IMG/VR virus record: IMGVR_UViG_3300028887_000002
Location: 1 to 64,000 of that record
Origin: a virus
Taxonomy: Duplodnaviria; Heunggongvirae; Uroviricota; Caudoviricetes
DNA length: 64,000 bases
Strand: one strand, 5' to 3'
Positions 47,936 through 57,710 of the stretch are shown piece after piece. The translations under genes and the position numbers were made by a program. Under the pieces are notes generated by a model that made no database searches, was not told where the DNA came from, and saw nothing but the letters and a program-made list of their open reading frames with translations. The number at the start of each line of letters is the position of its first letter. The first letter of the stretch is position 1.

Positions 47936-48685
47936 TTAGTCTTCTTCATAGTTTTCTCCATTGTGTCTTTCTTTCCACCATTCATCGTCTTCAATCTTTA
48001 TATTGTTTTCTTTTCGGTATTCAATCTCCTGTTTGACATAATCCGTGAACCAGTTAGGTTTCGAATAATAGGCCAATATGTTATTCAAGTGAGAATCTGA
48101 TAATTCACATAAGGGCTTCCAGATTCTATTTCCGTCCTTGTCAAATGTGCCGCGCTTCAAATATTTGCGTATTGTGCTGAAGGGTGCGTTCGAATATATT
48201 GAAATGTCCCTGCAAGGCACTTTGTTTACACTGCGTCTCTGATAGTCTAGTCCGCCGTCAACAAAATACATCTCACCGTTCATGTCCACATAACTTACAT
48301 AGTCGTGGGTATGTTTGGATTCAAGGATTGTACCGTCTGGTGTCATTATCCTGTTGCAAATTAGTCGGACTTCTGGCTCATCGGGGGATTCATTGTTGCT
48401 GTCAACATCAGCATCATCATTCTCGCCTAATCCATCAAGTAAACCATTGATACGCTCTTCTGTGTAATGATTTTGTGCTTCTTCGTAATATTCATCATAA
48501 GTTCCTGTTCCGATATTTGCAAATGCACCTGCAGCAATCTTAGGTGAATATGTCAGAGCAACAGCCATTGAAAATAGTACACTAGTGAAACTTGTTATAT
48601 TAGTATCACAACTTAACTCATAATCAAGGTTCACCCACGGGGCTTCAACCTTAATCTTTATTCTGTCATCGTCTTTGTGTTCCAT
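47936..48685 (-). CDS. conserved phage hypothetical protein
   Basis: TPDGTILES.HTHDY...VDGGLDYQRR. Confidence 0.65.
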   Translation of the reverse strand: MEHKDDDRIKIKVEAPWVNLDYELSCDTNITSFTSVLFSMAVALTYSPKIAAGAFANIGTGTYDEYYEEAQNHYTEERINGLLDGLGENDDADVDSNNESPDEPEVRLICNRIMTPDGTILESKHTHDYVSYVDMNGEMYFVDGGLDYQRRSVNKVPCRDISIYSNAPFSTIRKYLKRGTFDKDGNRIWKPLCELSDSHLNNILAYYSKPNWFTDYVKQEIEYRKENNIKIEDDEWWKERHNGENYEED

Positions 48686-48710
48686 AGTTTAAAATATTTT
48701 TTTCTAATTA

Positions 48711-49910
48711 TTAGTCACAATAAATCTGCCTTGTTACCCACAATCCAATATTGGAATCATATACCTCATACATCTGTGCTGGACGTTCGTAAGCGCACCC
48801 CATTGAGAAGGCAAATGCGTCAAGTCCGATTATTGAACCGTTAACAACCGCATTTGGTATTGATGTGCAACTGTGGTAATGTCCCATATAAACCTTGTCC
48901 TGCTTGAAGTTCTTATCACATCGCATCGTATATCTGTTTAGGGCTGGATAAATACCACAAACAGTTCCATTACCACCACTCTTCACTTGGAAACCGTGTT
49001 GGAATAAGAATCTTCTACCGTCACTCATATCTACCTTAGCAATTTCAGAATCTGGAATGATAAAGTCAATTCCGAGGTTTGTGAGTTCACATTGTGTCTT
49101 GATATTTTGATACATAAGCCACTCATATGACATCTTGGCGTTGTTGCCGTGTTGTATCTTCTTGCTTGTCCTTGAATGATTACCTGTTATTCCAATAAAT
49201 GTAATCTTTGAGAGGTTTGCTTTTTCCACAATGTATCTCAAACCATTATATATAAGGTTCTGTGCCTCGTGAGTCGCTTCTAGCGGAGACATTTCGTTTG
49301 TCTGTTGAAGTTCCTCGTGGATATAACCGCTGATGGTATCACCAAGGCTTGCGAATATGAGTTCATCAACCTCATCAGTGAGAAGGCAGTCTACTAAACT
49401 TACAAAGTATTTCTTTATACGTTCCTTTGCTATCTTAATGTTATATTCGTTCATAAAGCATACAGTTTCAGGTTTTACAACCTGTTCAATATGTGCATCA
49501 CTGAAAAGCGCAATTGCATACCTTGAACCGCTTACCCTGCTTTCAACGTCAATGTCATAACACTCAAACGGAAGTGCCTGTACGCTCTTGGCTTGCTTGA
49601 ACTGCTGGTATTCATCCTCATCTTCTCTTGGTTTTTCAATTGTAATGATTTGTGGCTTTTGGGACGAATTCTTGCCGTTGCTCTTCGTTTTGGTAGAGTT
49701 CTTTCCATTCTTTTCACTTACTGAACCATTTACGCCAGTCAGGTAATAGGTTCTTCCGTTAAAGGTAAAATAACCGTCCTTCTTGAAGTTTTCGGTTATC
49801 CAGAACCTTGAACGGTTAATCGCTTTTGATAATTGTCTTAGGCTTTCATAAAGGTTTCCTTTGTCATCAACAATTTGGTTTCTGACGCTTGCTACTATTG
49901 TTTCGCTCAT
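48711..49910 (-). CDS. calcineurin-like metallophosphoesterase with N-terminal HTH-like region
   Basis: SDAH, GDTISG.IHEEL, GNHSR, QHG, GHYH, NGS. Confidence 0.8.
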   Translation of the reverse strand: MSETIVASVRNQIVDDKGNLYESLRQLSKAINRSRFWITENFKKDGYFTFNGRTYYLTGVNGSVSEKNGKNSTKTKSNGKNSSQKPQIITIEKPREDEDEYQQFKQAKSVQALPFECYDIDVESRVSGSRYAIALFSDAHIEQVVKPETVCFMNEYNIKIAKERIKKYFVSLVDCLLTDEVDELIFASLGDTISGYIHEELQQTNEMSPLEATHEAQNLIYNGLRYIVEKANLSKITFIGITGNHSRTSKKIQHGNNAKMSYEWLMYQNIKTQCELTNLGIDFIIPDSEIAKVDMSDGRRFLFQHGFQVKSGGNGTVCGIYPALNRYTMRCDKNFKQDKVYMGHYHSCTSIPNAVVNGSIIGLDAFAFSMGCAYERPAQMYEVYDSNIGLWVTRQIYCD

Positions 49911-49929
49911 TGATTATAAAAATGTTATT

Positions 49930-50145
49930 CTAATTATTTTTTCTTATTTTTGTTGGTAGCCATCCTCCAATTTTGTAATCCCTATCCGTATGTCCAGTCT
50001 TATATGGTGAATTTGGACAGTATTGGCAGAATGGAAAATTTCGGAATCTTGGACAATGTTGGCAGATTTCTTCCCTGATACTACCATTTTGGTCTAAAGA
50101 TTTTATAAATTTGTAATATTCATCATATCTATGTTCATTATTCAT
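49930..50145 (-). CDS. small Cys-rich protein
   Basis: CQHCP..CQYCP. Confidence 0.5.
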   Translation of the reverse strand: MNNEHRYDEYYKFIKSLDQNGSIREEICQHCPRFRNFPFCQYCPNSPYKTGHTDRDYKIGGWLPTKIRKNN

Positions 50146-50171
50146 ATCACAATCTATATTCTCTTCTATTC

Positions 50172-50549
50172 TTATATTCCTAATCTTTCTAATAGTGTAT
50201 TCTTAATATTCTCTTTAACATTTTCTTTATTGAATTTATATATCGGATTATCATCCAAAGATATCACCTTGATAGCATTTTCCTTCTTGTAAATATCTTC
50301 AAACTTAGTACAACCTGGAACCATCACATCCGCATGATTGATTTCTTTATACTCAACCTTCGTGTGGTCTTTATTGTAAACCATTGAACAAGGGGCAATC
50401 AAGACAATTTCTTCATATTGCTTAACAGGAGGTATGCTAAAGGCTATTGAACCGCCATCTCTATAATGTCTCCATTTAATTTCAGGACAAGTTTTCTTGA
50501 TATCTTCAAAGACTTCTTTCAACAAGTAATATGCTTCATCGTATTTCAT
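50172..50549 (-). CDS. hypothetical protein
   Basis: Operon packing. Confidence 0.5.
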   Translation of the reverse strand: MKYDEAYYLLKEVFEDIKKTCPEIKWRHYRDGGSIAFSIPPVKQYEEIVLIAPCSMVYNKDHTKVEYKEINHADVMVPGCTKFEDIYKKENAIKVISLDDNPIYKFNKENVKENIKNTLLERLGI

Positions 50550-50555
50550 GGTATA

Positions 50556-51200
50556 CTATCTTATATAAAAGTTATTTTCTTTATCCAAATAATACACTGA
50601 GATACCAATTTCCATCGCATATTTGATTTCCCTTGTCGTGCCGTAACTTCCTTCAAAGTCTGGTAATACCACAAGTACGTCGCACTGGTCAATCATTGCA
50701 TAGTTGATTTGTAGATATTCATTTCTATCAAACCTGCTTGGGTCACCCAAGTTCCATAGGACGGCAGGGTTCATTACAGCGTAGCCCTTTTGTATCAAGA
50801 ACTTTTCAACGGAATTGAACCTGTTCATAATATCATCAACCTCCAGCCCTGTCATCTTTCCCGCAATATAGACCTTGGTGTTTTTATCAAACGGGAAATC
50901 TGACGGTATTAGTTGCATTTCATCAACCCTTCGCTTGATATCTTCGTCAACCTTCTCATCGGAAACAAACACATCAAAAGGTAATGTTATCACAAAGGTT
51001 GTGGGATAATCCTCGTTAGTAAAGGATTTATACCAAATGTCCACCTGTTTCAAATGTCCGTCAACATCAAACCCGTCATAATGTGAATGGATGTCAAACA
51101 CACAACCCGATTCCTTGTACTTATCAAAAAGATATTCGCTACGCACACCTAATGCTAAATGCGTGTTGTCGTAATTCACAATGTCTTCAATCGTTAACAT
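50556..51200 (-). CDS. DUF4406 / nucleoside deoxyribosyltransferase-like protein
   Basis: VYIAGKMTG, VMNPA, CD....LPD...S.G...EIKYA. Confidence 0.75.
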   Translation of the reverse strand: MLTIEDIVNYDNTHLALGVRSEYLFDKYKESGCVFDIHSHYDGFDVDGHLKQVDIWYKSFTNEDYPTTFVITLPFDVFVSDEKVDEDIKRRVDEMQLIPSDFPFDKNTKVYIAGKMTGLEVDDIMNRFNSVEKFLIQKGYAVMNPAVLWNLGDPSRFDRNEYLQINYAMIDQCDVLVVLPDFEGSYGTTREIKYAMEIGISVYYLDKENNFYIR

Positions 51201-51460
51201 AATCTTCCTAAATTTTTCCGCAAATATAATTCAAGTTTTTAAACTGGCAAAGATTTTTTTTAAATTTTTTGATATTTATACTAAAAAATATTTTGTATCA
51301 TGGATGACGGAAAAAAGATATACGAGTATGGTTATGACGATAACACACCTATAACCATTGACGGAACTGACTACTACATAAAGAACTACGAGTTTTTCAG
51401 AGGGTTGGAAAAAGTTCAAAGCGAGGGTTAAATTTATACCATAATATAATAAATTTTTTA

Positions 51461-52102
51461 ATGATGAAGAAACTTTTTGTGATTTTGGCAACAGTATTGT
51501 TCGCCGTAGCAATGACTTCCTGTAAGTCTTGTAGTAAACCAGACGAACCGAAAGGTTGGAACTACGATGAAGTAGTTAAGGCAGATTATGATTATATTGC
51601 AAGCCAATATAGTCCATTTTATTTTTATGAGGTAGATGTTTTGTTTGATACAATCCTACCTTGCCATGAGGCATATGTCGAATCAATTCGCACTGTCTTT
51701 CAGTATGAAGACACTTGTCCTGAAAATTCCTTTGTAATTTTCATAGAACACAATGCTGATATGACAACCGATACCATTATTGAAAAGGGTTATTGGTTGG
51801 AATGCATGGATATGAGTGCTTATAATGCTGTTTCTTTTGATTCCTGTATGAATATAATTGAACCATATAGGGATACGTTGTTGACACGTGCAATGACATT
51901 CCGTAGAGTTCTTGCACCACCTTTCCCAGAAAACGGACAATATATATTTGGCGTTGGCATTCTAGTTGTTGATTCAAAGACTGGCGAGATTGTTAATTGG
52001 GATGCTGAAAAAACAAGTGAAGGTCGTTTTGCAGTCAAGCCGTTGGATGAACCGAAACCAATTGTTGACGTTATAATGGTTGAAGAATGTGAAGAAGAAT
52101 AG
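51461..52102 (+). CDS. lipoprotein
   Basis: MKKLFVILATVLFAVAMTSC lipobox. Confidence 0.75.
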   Translation: MMKKLFVILATVLFAVAMTSCKSCSKPDEPKGWNYDEVVKADYDYIASQYSPFYFYEVDVLFDTILPCHEAYVESIRTVFQYEDTCPENSFVIFIEHNADMTTDTIIEKGYWLECMDMSAYNAVSFDSCMNIIEPYRDTLLTRAMTFRRVLAPPFPENGQYIFGVGILVVDSKTGEIVNWDAEKTSEGRFAVKPLDEPKPIVDVIMVEECEEE

Positions 52103-52120
52103 ATAATGATTTTTCTTTAT

Positions 52121-52164
52121 AAAAGATAAGAGCCTGTCGTGATTGATAGACTCTTATCTTTTTT
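52121..52164. terminator. bidirectional intrinsic terminator between convergent genes
   Basis: AAAAGATAAGAG...CTCTTATCTTTT inverted repeat. Confidence 0.75.
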
Positions 52165-52655
52165 TATATGGTTTCTAACTTACCAACGCAACTGCACCAG
52201 CAGATATTTCCTCCTTCGGTTTCAATCAGCCAATAGGTATCCATAAAGTCAGCGCCAATGCCTACGAGCCTACCAGTAGTATACCCATCGGTTACTACAA
52301 TTTTCTCCTTGTTTGATAAATAGTCCTCGTATATCTCCTTCAAAGGGAATGTTTCCTGTCGGGGCGACCATGTTCCTTTCACTATTGCTTCTAACTCGTG
52401 TTCAGTATATATGTGACGGATTTTGCCGTATTTATATGAAGAAAGGATTTTTCTTAATTCCGTGTTGTCTTTTTCAAAGTTTTTATAGTTTGTGCGTACA
52501 TCCCCATAGGCAATATTATCAACTTGGGTGATAAACTTCAACATATCGTGCGACACAACAAACGCCTTCTCTAACAACTTGCGAAATTGTTCCAAATCGT
52601 CAATCAACAGATAGTCTTTTTTCTTAGTTTTTGGCATAGTCTTATTTTTTTTCAA
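52164..52655 (-). CDS. hypothetical protein
   Basis: 163-aa ORF. Confidence 0.55.
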   Translation of the reverse strand: MKKNKTMPKTKKKDYLLIDDLEQFRKLLEKAFVVSHDMLKFITQVDNIAYGDVRTNYKNFEKDNTELRKILSSYKYGKIRHIYTEHELEAIVKGTWSPRQETFPLKEIYEDYLSNKEKIVVTDGYTTGRLVGIGADFMDTYWLIETEGGNICWCSCVGKLETI

Positions 52656-52939
52656 TATAAATCTTCTGAAAATAGTCTTTTCTTTTGTTCACTAATCTGA
52701 CCTGCTTCAAATGCTATCTTTGCAGCCTCTTCTCTACTAACAAATCGACCTTTAGAGGTATAGAAGCCTTGGTCGTAAGGATTGTTAGAGGCTTCGCCTT
52801 TGAACCTATGAAGAATATCAGCGTGTCTATATCCAATTTCTATATCATATATATCGTTTTGCCAATATATCTTCGGACACTCTCTTGTTGAGACTCGCTT
52901 GATTGCTGCGCACAATATGTATTCAGTCTTCGTTTCCAT
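52652..52939 (-). CDS. conserved phage hypothetical protein
   Basis: ILCAAI..GYRH..QGFYTSKGRFVSREEA..A..AGQ..LFSEDLY. Confidence 0.75.
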   Translation of the reverse strand: METKTEYILCAAIKRVSTRECPKIYWQNDIYDIEIGYRHADILHRFKGEASNNPYDQGFYTSKGRFVSREEAAKIAFEAGQISEQKKRLFSEDLY

Positions 52940-52977
52940 TATTCTTTCTTTTTTTACCGAACATTGTTTTGAAATCG

Positions 52978-53016
52978 CAAATATATGAACTATTTTTCAC
53001 TTAACCAAATATTTAT
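52978..53016. promoter_or_regulatory. back-to-back early (minus) and late (plus) promoters
   Basis: CAAATATA-N20-CAAA|TATTTAT. Confidence 0.7.
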
Positions 53017-53038
53017 TAAAAAAATTTAATTATATTAT

Positions 53039-54496
53039 ATGAACTACATAGACTGCATAGTGAACGAGACCATACATAGATACGTCCTGAACGAGTCGGC
53101 CACCGACCGTTTCATTGATAACCTCATATTGAAAAACCTTCCCGAAAGGGCGAAGGGACTGATAAATACACCGTTGAATGTGATAGTGAAGGAACATCCA
53201 GAGGCACTGAACGGCGTGGCGCTGAACGAGAACCCTGAAGTGATGCAGAAGTACGGCGACCTTCCGCTGAAGGACTTCATAAGGGTTTCGATAATGCAGA
53301 TGTTCGACATCGGTCACGGAAAAGGACCGAAGAAGTACCTGCGTGGCATCTTCCGCATAATGCTTGACGAGATACGCTGTCTGTCGAACCCCGACCAAAA
53401 CGCCGTCAACCAGTTGAAGGACGACGTGATGTATATTATGCAGGCCTCGCAGAACGGCACCGACCCTGAGGCGTCGCAGATGGACGGGAATCTGAACGGG
53501 CTGTCGCTCTCGCAGATAAACCGCACGTTTAAGGAGAAGCGCAAGGCGTTCTTCGCGAATATCCGCAACAGGCTGTCCAGTACCTTCAAGGGCAAGTCTA
53601 ATGCTCCGAGGTACGAGAAGGTTGTCATAACCGACCAGAAGCAGTGTACAAAATATGCGCCTTATACCAAGTGGTGCATAACGTGGAGTCCCGCGAACTA
53701 CAACATCTACACGCAGGGAGGCAGGAGGTTCTACATGTTCCTGAGGGAAGGCTACCAAAATGTCAGGTGCGAGGTCGGCGAGAACTGCCCGTTCGACGAC
53801 TACGGGATGAGTATGGTGTCGGTCTTGGTCGACATGGAAGGCAACATCGCCATCATAACGACGAGGTGGAACCACGACCACGACGGCGAGATGAGTCCGC
53901 CGTCGCAGGAGCAGATAGAGATGGTCATGAACCTTATGGGCGTGAACCTGTACAGGGAATGCCCCCCGTATACAAGGGACGAACTGAAGGCGATGGGCAT
54001 CACGCCGTTTGAGGACGTACCTGAACTGCTCACCCAGGGGGTCGACCCAATGGAGATATTCAGTCGGATTGGTGATTTCTACGACGGGTTCGCAAGGGTT
54101 GAACTGAACAGGAAATGGAACTACTTCACGACTGATGGGATGTTGCTCTCACCCGACCAGTGGTTTGATGCTGCTGGTAATTTTTTCGAAGGGTTCGCGG
54201 GGGTTGTACTGAACAACGGGAAATGGAACTTCCTTACGACTGATGGTCAGATATTATATAAGCCAAATGAACCCGACCAGTGGTTCGATGATGCTTATTA
54301 TTTTCACGAAGGGTTTGCTTTGGTTGAAGTGAACAGGAAAGACTATTGGTTGCGTAAGGACGGGGTATTGTGTGACTATCACACGAAGCAACCAATAGGT
54401 GATATGAATGAATCCTATGATATGAAATCCGTACTGCTGAACGAGTCGGTACAGAAGTGCAAGGACTTGTGGTACAGGATAATGAGAAATAACTAA
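53039..54496 (+). CDS. putative virion-internal protein with WG/KWG repeats
   Basis: Leader IVNETIHRYVLNE; TKWCIT..TTRWNH domain; F.EGFA.V....KWN(Y/F).TTDG repeats. Confidence 0.7.
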   Translation: MNYIDCIVNETIHRYVLNESATDRFIDNLILKNLPERAKGLINTPLNVIVKEHPEALNGVALNENPEVMQKYGDLPLKDFIRVSIMQMFDIGHGKGPKKYLRGIFRIMLDEIRCLSNPDQNAVNQLKDDVMYIMQASQNGTDPEASQMDGNLNGLSLSQINRTFKEKRKAFFANIRNRLSSTFKGKSNAPRYEKVVITDQKQCTKYAPYTKWCITWSPANYNIYTQGGRRFYMFLREGYQNVRCEVGENCPFDDYGMSMVSVLVDMEGNIAIITTRWNHDHDGEMSPPSQEQIEMVMNLMGVNLYRECPPYTRDELKAMGITPFEDVPELLTQGVDPMEIFSRIGDFYDGFARVELNRKWNYFTTDGMLLSPDQWFDAAGNFFEGFAGVVLNNGKWNFLTTDGQILYKPNEPDQWFDDAYYFHEGFALVEVNRKDYWLRKDGVLCDYHTKQPIGDMNESYDMKSVLLNESVQKCKDLWYRIMRNN

Positions 54497-54511
54497 CATA
54501 TTTTAAATTTA

Positions 54512-56083
54512 ATGCAAAGAAGAATCGATGAGATGATGGATGAAATAGAATCATCTGAAATAAACCTCAAGCCGTTCAAGCCCAAGAATGAACTTGAACC
54601 ACACCTATGGGTTGACGGAAAGTTGGATTCAAGGGTTAGGCTTAAACTGTTGGATATTGCTGATGATTTTATTAAGACATTGAATATAAAGTGGGTGAAA
54701 CCATTGGATATTGTTCTTACGGGTTCGATTGCCAATTACAACTGGTCAGAATTCTCGGATATTGATGTCCACGTTATAATGGATTATGATGAGGTATCGC
54801 CGAAAAGGGAGTTTGTTGAAAAATACTTCAAGACAAAAAGGGATGAATGGTCGGAAGCACATGATGAACTCACTATATTCGGTTATCCAGTTGAAATGTT
54901 TGTTGAGGATAGTGAAAACCCGTCAGACAGTTCGGGAGTGTATTCACTGAACAGTAACAAGTGGCTTGTAAAGCCCACCGATATGAAGGAAATGGAAAGT
55001 GACCCTGAATATGTTAAGGATGTTGCTGCAAAAATAATCACCAAGATTGAGTCTCTCTGTGACAAGATTGAAACAGAAACTGACACGGTAAAGGTTCGCA
55101 AGGCAACCGACAAGTTGGAAAAAATATACGACTACCTCAAACATGCAAGACAGAAATCACTGAAGGAAGACGGCGAGATGGGGTTTGGAAATATCCTGTG
55201 GAAGATTGTAAAGCATATGGGGTATATTGAAATGCTCTGGGACTGCTTCAATACCTCATACGACAAGTCGAACTCGCTTAACGAGGGTTGGTTGTTCGGT
55301 GCTGGTGGAATGTTCAGTCAATATAACAATATGGTGAATATTCCTAACAATAATGTCAATGCCGTTGAACAGATGATTAAGCAATACAATGACAAGATGA
55401 GGGAATATGGGGTTAAACCGAAAGGCTATAAGACAGCCAAGAACAATAACTACTTTACTACCTATTACTTCAATGACAATAGGCTTGCAAATACCATACG
55501 TCAGAGCAACTATAGTATGGAAGCAATGTATCGTCAGGCTTCGCAACCTCAGCAACAGCAACAAGCCCCAAACGGTCAGCAACAGACGGCTAATAATCAA
55601 CAAGCACAGCGACCTGCAACGACTGGACAACAAGCACAGCCGACAACTGGAACTACACAACAACGACCAGTTAATACCACAGCATCGTTACGTCCGAAAC
55701 AACCGTCGTCACAGCAACAGTCACCAAATATTCAACAGACTTCACAACTCCAAAAGTCCACACCAACTAGCTTGCCACATGTGACACAGCACCAGTCATT
55801 ATTATATGCTGACTCCATTTTTAATGGTAAGTTGACTAGAGTTAATAAAACACCAAGTGAAGATAGTGTGTTTGAATTGAACCCCGTAGGAAGTAATAAG
55901 GCAAATGTAACGCTTAATAAAAATGCTTATAGAAAAATATTGGCCAACCCATCTTATCTTGATGGATGTAAATATCAAATAATAGGTTATAACGATGTTG
56001 TAGTCAATAAGCAAGGTGTGGCTCAAAAGGATGATAATGGTAAGTGGGTTATCACTACTCCACCTGAAATTTTATTAAAATAA
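54512..56083 (+). CDS. Pol-beta-superfamily nucleotidyltransferase fused through LNE to a Q-rich linker and a C-terminal domain
   Basis: LTGSIANYNWSEFSDIDVH, YPVEMFVED, GVYSL...WLVKP. Confidence 0.75.
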   Translation: MQRRIDEMMDEIESSEINLKPFKPKNELEPHLWVDGKLDSRVRLKLLDIADDFIKTLNIKWVKPLDIVLTGSIANYNWSEFSDIDVHVIMDYDEVSPKREFVEKYFKTKRDEWSEAHDELTIFGYPVEMFVEDSENPSDSSGVYSLNSNKWLVKPTDMKEMESDPEYVKDVAAKIITKIESLCDKIETETDTVKVRKATDKLEKIYDYLKHARQKSLKEDGEMGFGNILWKIVKHMGYIEMLWDCFNTSYDKSNSLNEGWLFGAGGMFSQYNNMVNIPNNNVNAVEQMIKQYNDKMREYGVKPKGYKTAKNNNYFTTYYFNDNRLANTIRQSNYSMEAMYRQASQPQQQQQAPNGQQQTANNQQAQRPATTGQQAQPTTGTTQQRPVNTTASLRPKQPSSQQQSPNIQQTSQLQKSTPTSLPHVTQHQSLLYADSIFNGKLTRVNKTPSEDSVFELNPVGSNKANVTLNKNAYRKILANPSYLDGCKYQIIGYNDVVVNKQGVAQKDDNGKWVITTPPEILLK

Positions 56084-56156
56084 TTGAAATATTTTTGTAT
56101 TTTTTGGAATACAATTATATTTATAAGAAAAAATAATGATATATAATTAAGACATT

Positions 56157-57710
56157 ATGGCTGATTATTCTAACGAAATATCGAGAATGCAATTCTTGAT
56201 GGGTTTTAACAACAATATCAACGAGAGCAAGGATAATTCCTCGGCAATCGAATATTCGATGGAAGGCGCTGACGGTAAGACCTATGGTATCATAAAGGAA
56301 GGTACTAAGTATTATATAAAGGTCGCTCCGAAGAAAAACAGTGCAGTATTGCTTGAAGACTATGACTACATCGGTGGTATCAACGAGAAGAAGAAATATG
56401 AATATTCTTCGTACAACATGGCATCAAAGCAGTTTGACCTCAAACTTATGTCAATCAACGAGGCTTGCCACGCAAACAAGCCAGTGGTTCAGCCGACCGA
56501 AAGCGCTGAATGGCAGGTTAAGGAAACAAAGGAAATGCGCAAGGAACTTGACCGTTTCAACCAAATCTGTGAGAATGTAAACAACCTTCTCAGCGAGAAC
56601 AACGCATTCTTCCTTGACAGACCAACCGCTTGCGGAAAGAACGCACCACAGGGCAAGGATTCTTCAAACCCGTTTTCAATGGTTCTCACCAATGCCGACA
56701 TGGAATTTGACGGCAAGAAGGTAACTGACCCAGCAAAGGCTGACAAGACCTATGACAAGAAGGCTGAGGCTGAAGAAGACTACAAGGGTACAAAGCATAC
56801 CGACCCCAAGACCGCCGACGATACTTTCTCGGAAAAGGGAAAGAAGATAAACGAAGGAAGAACATTCCGTCTGACTGAAGAACAGGTTCTCGCATGGAGC
56901 AAGTCGAAGGACTTCATTGATATGAGCAAGGGTACAAAGAAGGGTTCGACCAAGCCTTACGAATACATTGAGGAGCCAATCAACGAGGAAACCCAGATGG
57001 CCGAGTTCGGCGAGACTGACGTTAAGCCGTTGCCAGCAGGTATCGGTGATGCTGACGGAAAGGGTGAGCCTTTTAACGATGAGGTTAATGAATCGGATGA
57101 AGATAACACGATTGAAATCATTATCAACGCTGACGGTGATGACGATATTCTCTGTGATGATGAAGGTTGTATTGATTTGGGTGACGAAGAGGTTGAAGTA
57201 GAGGATGACGATGAGGAAGATGATTTTGAAGATGATGAGGAGGAAGTTATTGACCTCACCGATATTCTTGATGACGAAGAACCTGTCGAAGATGAAACCG
57301 AAGAATCTGAAATAGAACTTGACTTTGACGATGAAGAGTCTGACGAAGACGAAGACTTGGATGACGAAGAAGATGACTTTGATTTTGAGGACGAAGAGGA
57401 AGAAGAAATCGACCTTGATGATGAGGAAGATGATTTTGACGACGAAGAAGATTTTGAAGAAGATGATGATGAAGAACGTCTTGATGAATCAAACGACCCA
57501 CAATACTTCGGTGAACACCCAGCATACGGCAAGGAACCAATGGAATACGGCAACTATGAAGAACCGAGTGGTCGTAAGGACTGGAATGACGAATCAGCAA
57601 AGGGACGCAAGAGATTTGGGTTGAAGAAGGGTTCAAACTTCCCATACACCAACAAGTCGGTTTCTGATGCTGTAAGCGAAGCAATGTCGCGTGTGTTAAA
57701 AAAAAAATAA
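56157..57710 (+). CDS. highly acidic prohead scaffold/core-like protein
   Basis: Many INE/VNE/LSE/LDE sites, long D/E tract, TATTTAT at 56118. Confidence 0.6.
   Translation: MADYSNEISRMQFLMGFNNNINESKDNSSAIEYSMEGADGKTYGIIKEGTKYYIKVAPKKNSAVLLEDYDYIGGINEKKKYEYSSYNMASKQFDLKLMSINEACHANKPVVQPTESAEWQVKETKEMRKELDRFNQICENVNNLLSENNAFFLDRPTACGKNAPQGKDSSNPFSMVLTNADMEFDGKKVTDPAKADKTYDKKAEAEEDYKGTKHTDPKTADDTFSEKGKKINEGRTFRLTEEQVLAWSKSKDFIDMSKGTKKGSTKPYEYIEEPINEETQMAEFGETDVKPLPAGIGDADGKGEPFNDEVNESDEDNTIEIIINADGDDDILCDDEGCIDLGDEEVEVEDDDEEDDFEDDEEEVIDLTDILDDEEPVEDETEESEIELDFDDEESDEDEDLDDEEDDFDFEDEEEEEIDLDDEEDDFDDEEDFEEDDDEERLDESNDPQYFGEHPAYGKEPMEYGNYEEPSGRKDWNDESAKGRKRFGLKKGSNFPYTNKSVSDAVSEAMSRVLKKK

Noticed and set aside
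57190-57480. GAY/GAR tandem-like DNA as a non-coding repeat array
   Set aside because: Fully explained by the Asp/Glu-rich coding tract.
56957-57684. Poly-Ser and other antisense ORFs (also 30582-31418, 53030-53881, 132-598)
   Set aside because: These are shadows of the real genes on the opposite strand, caused by codon bias or higher GC.
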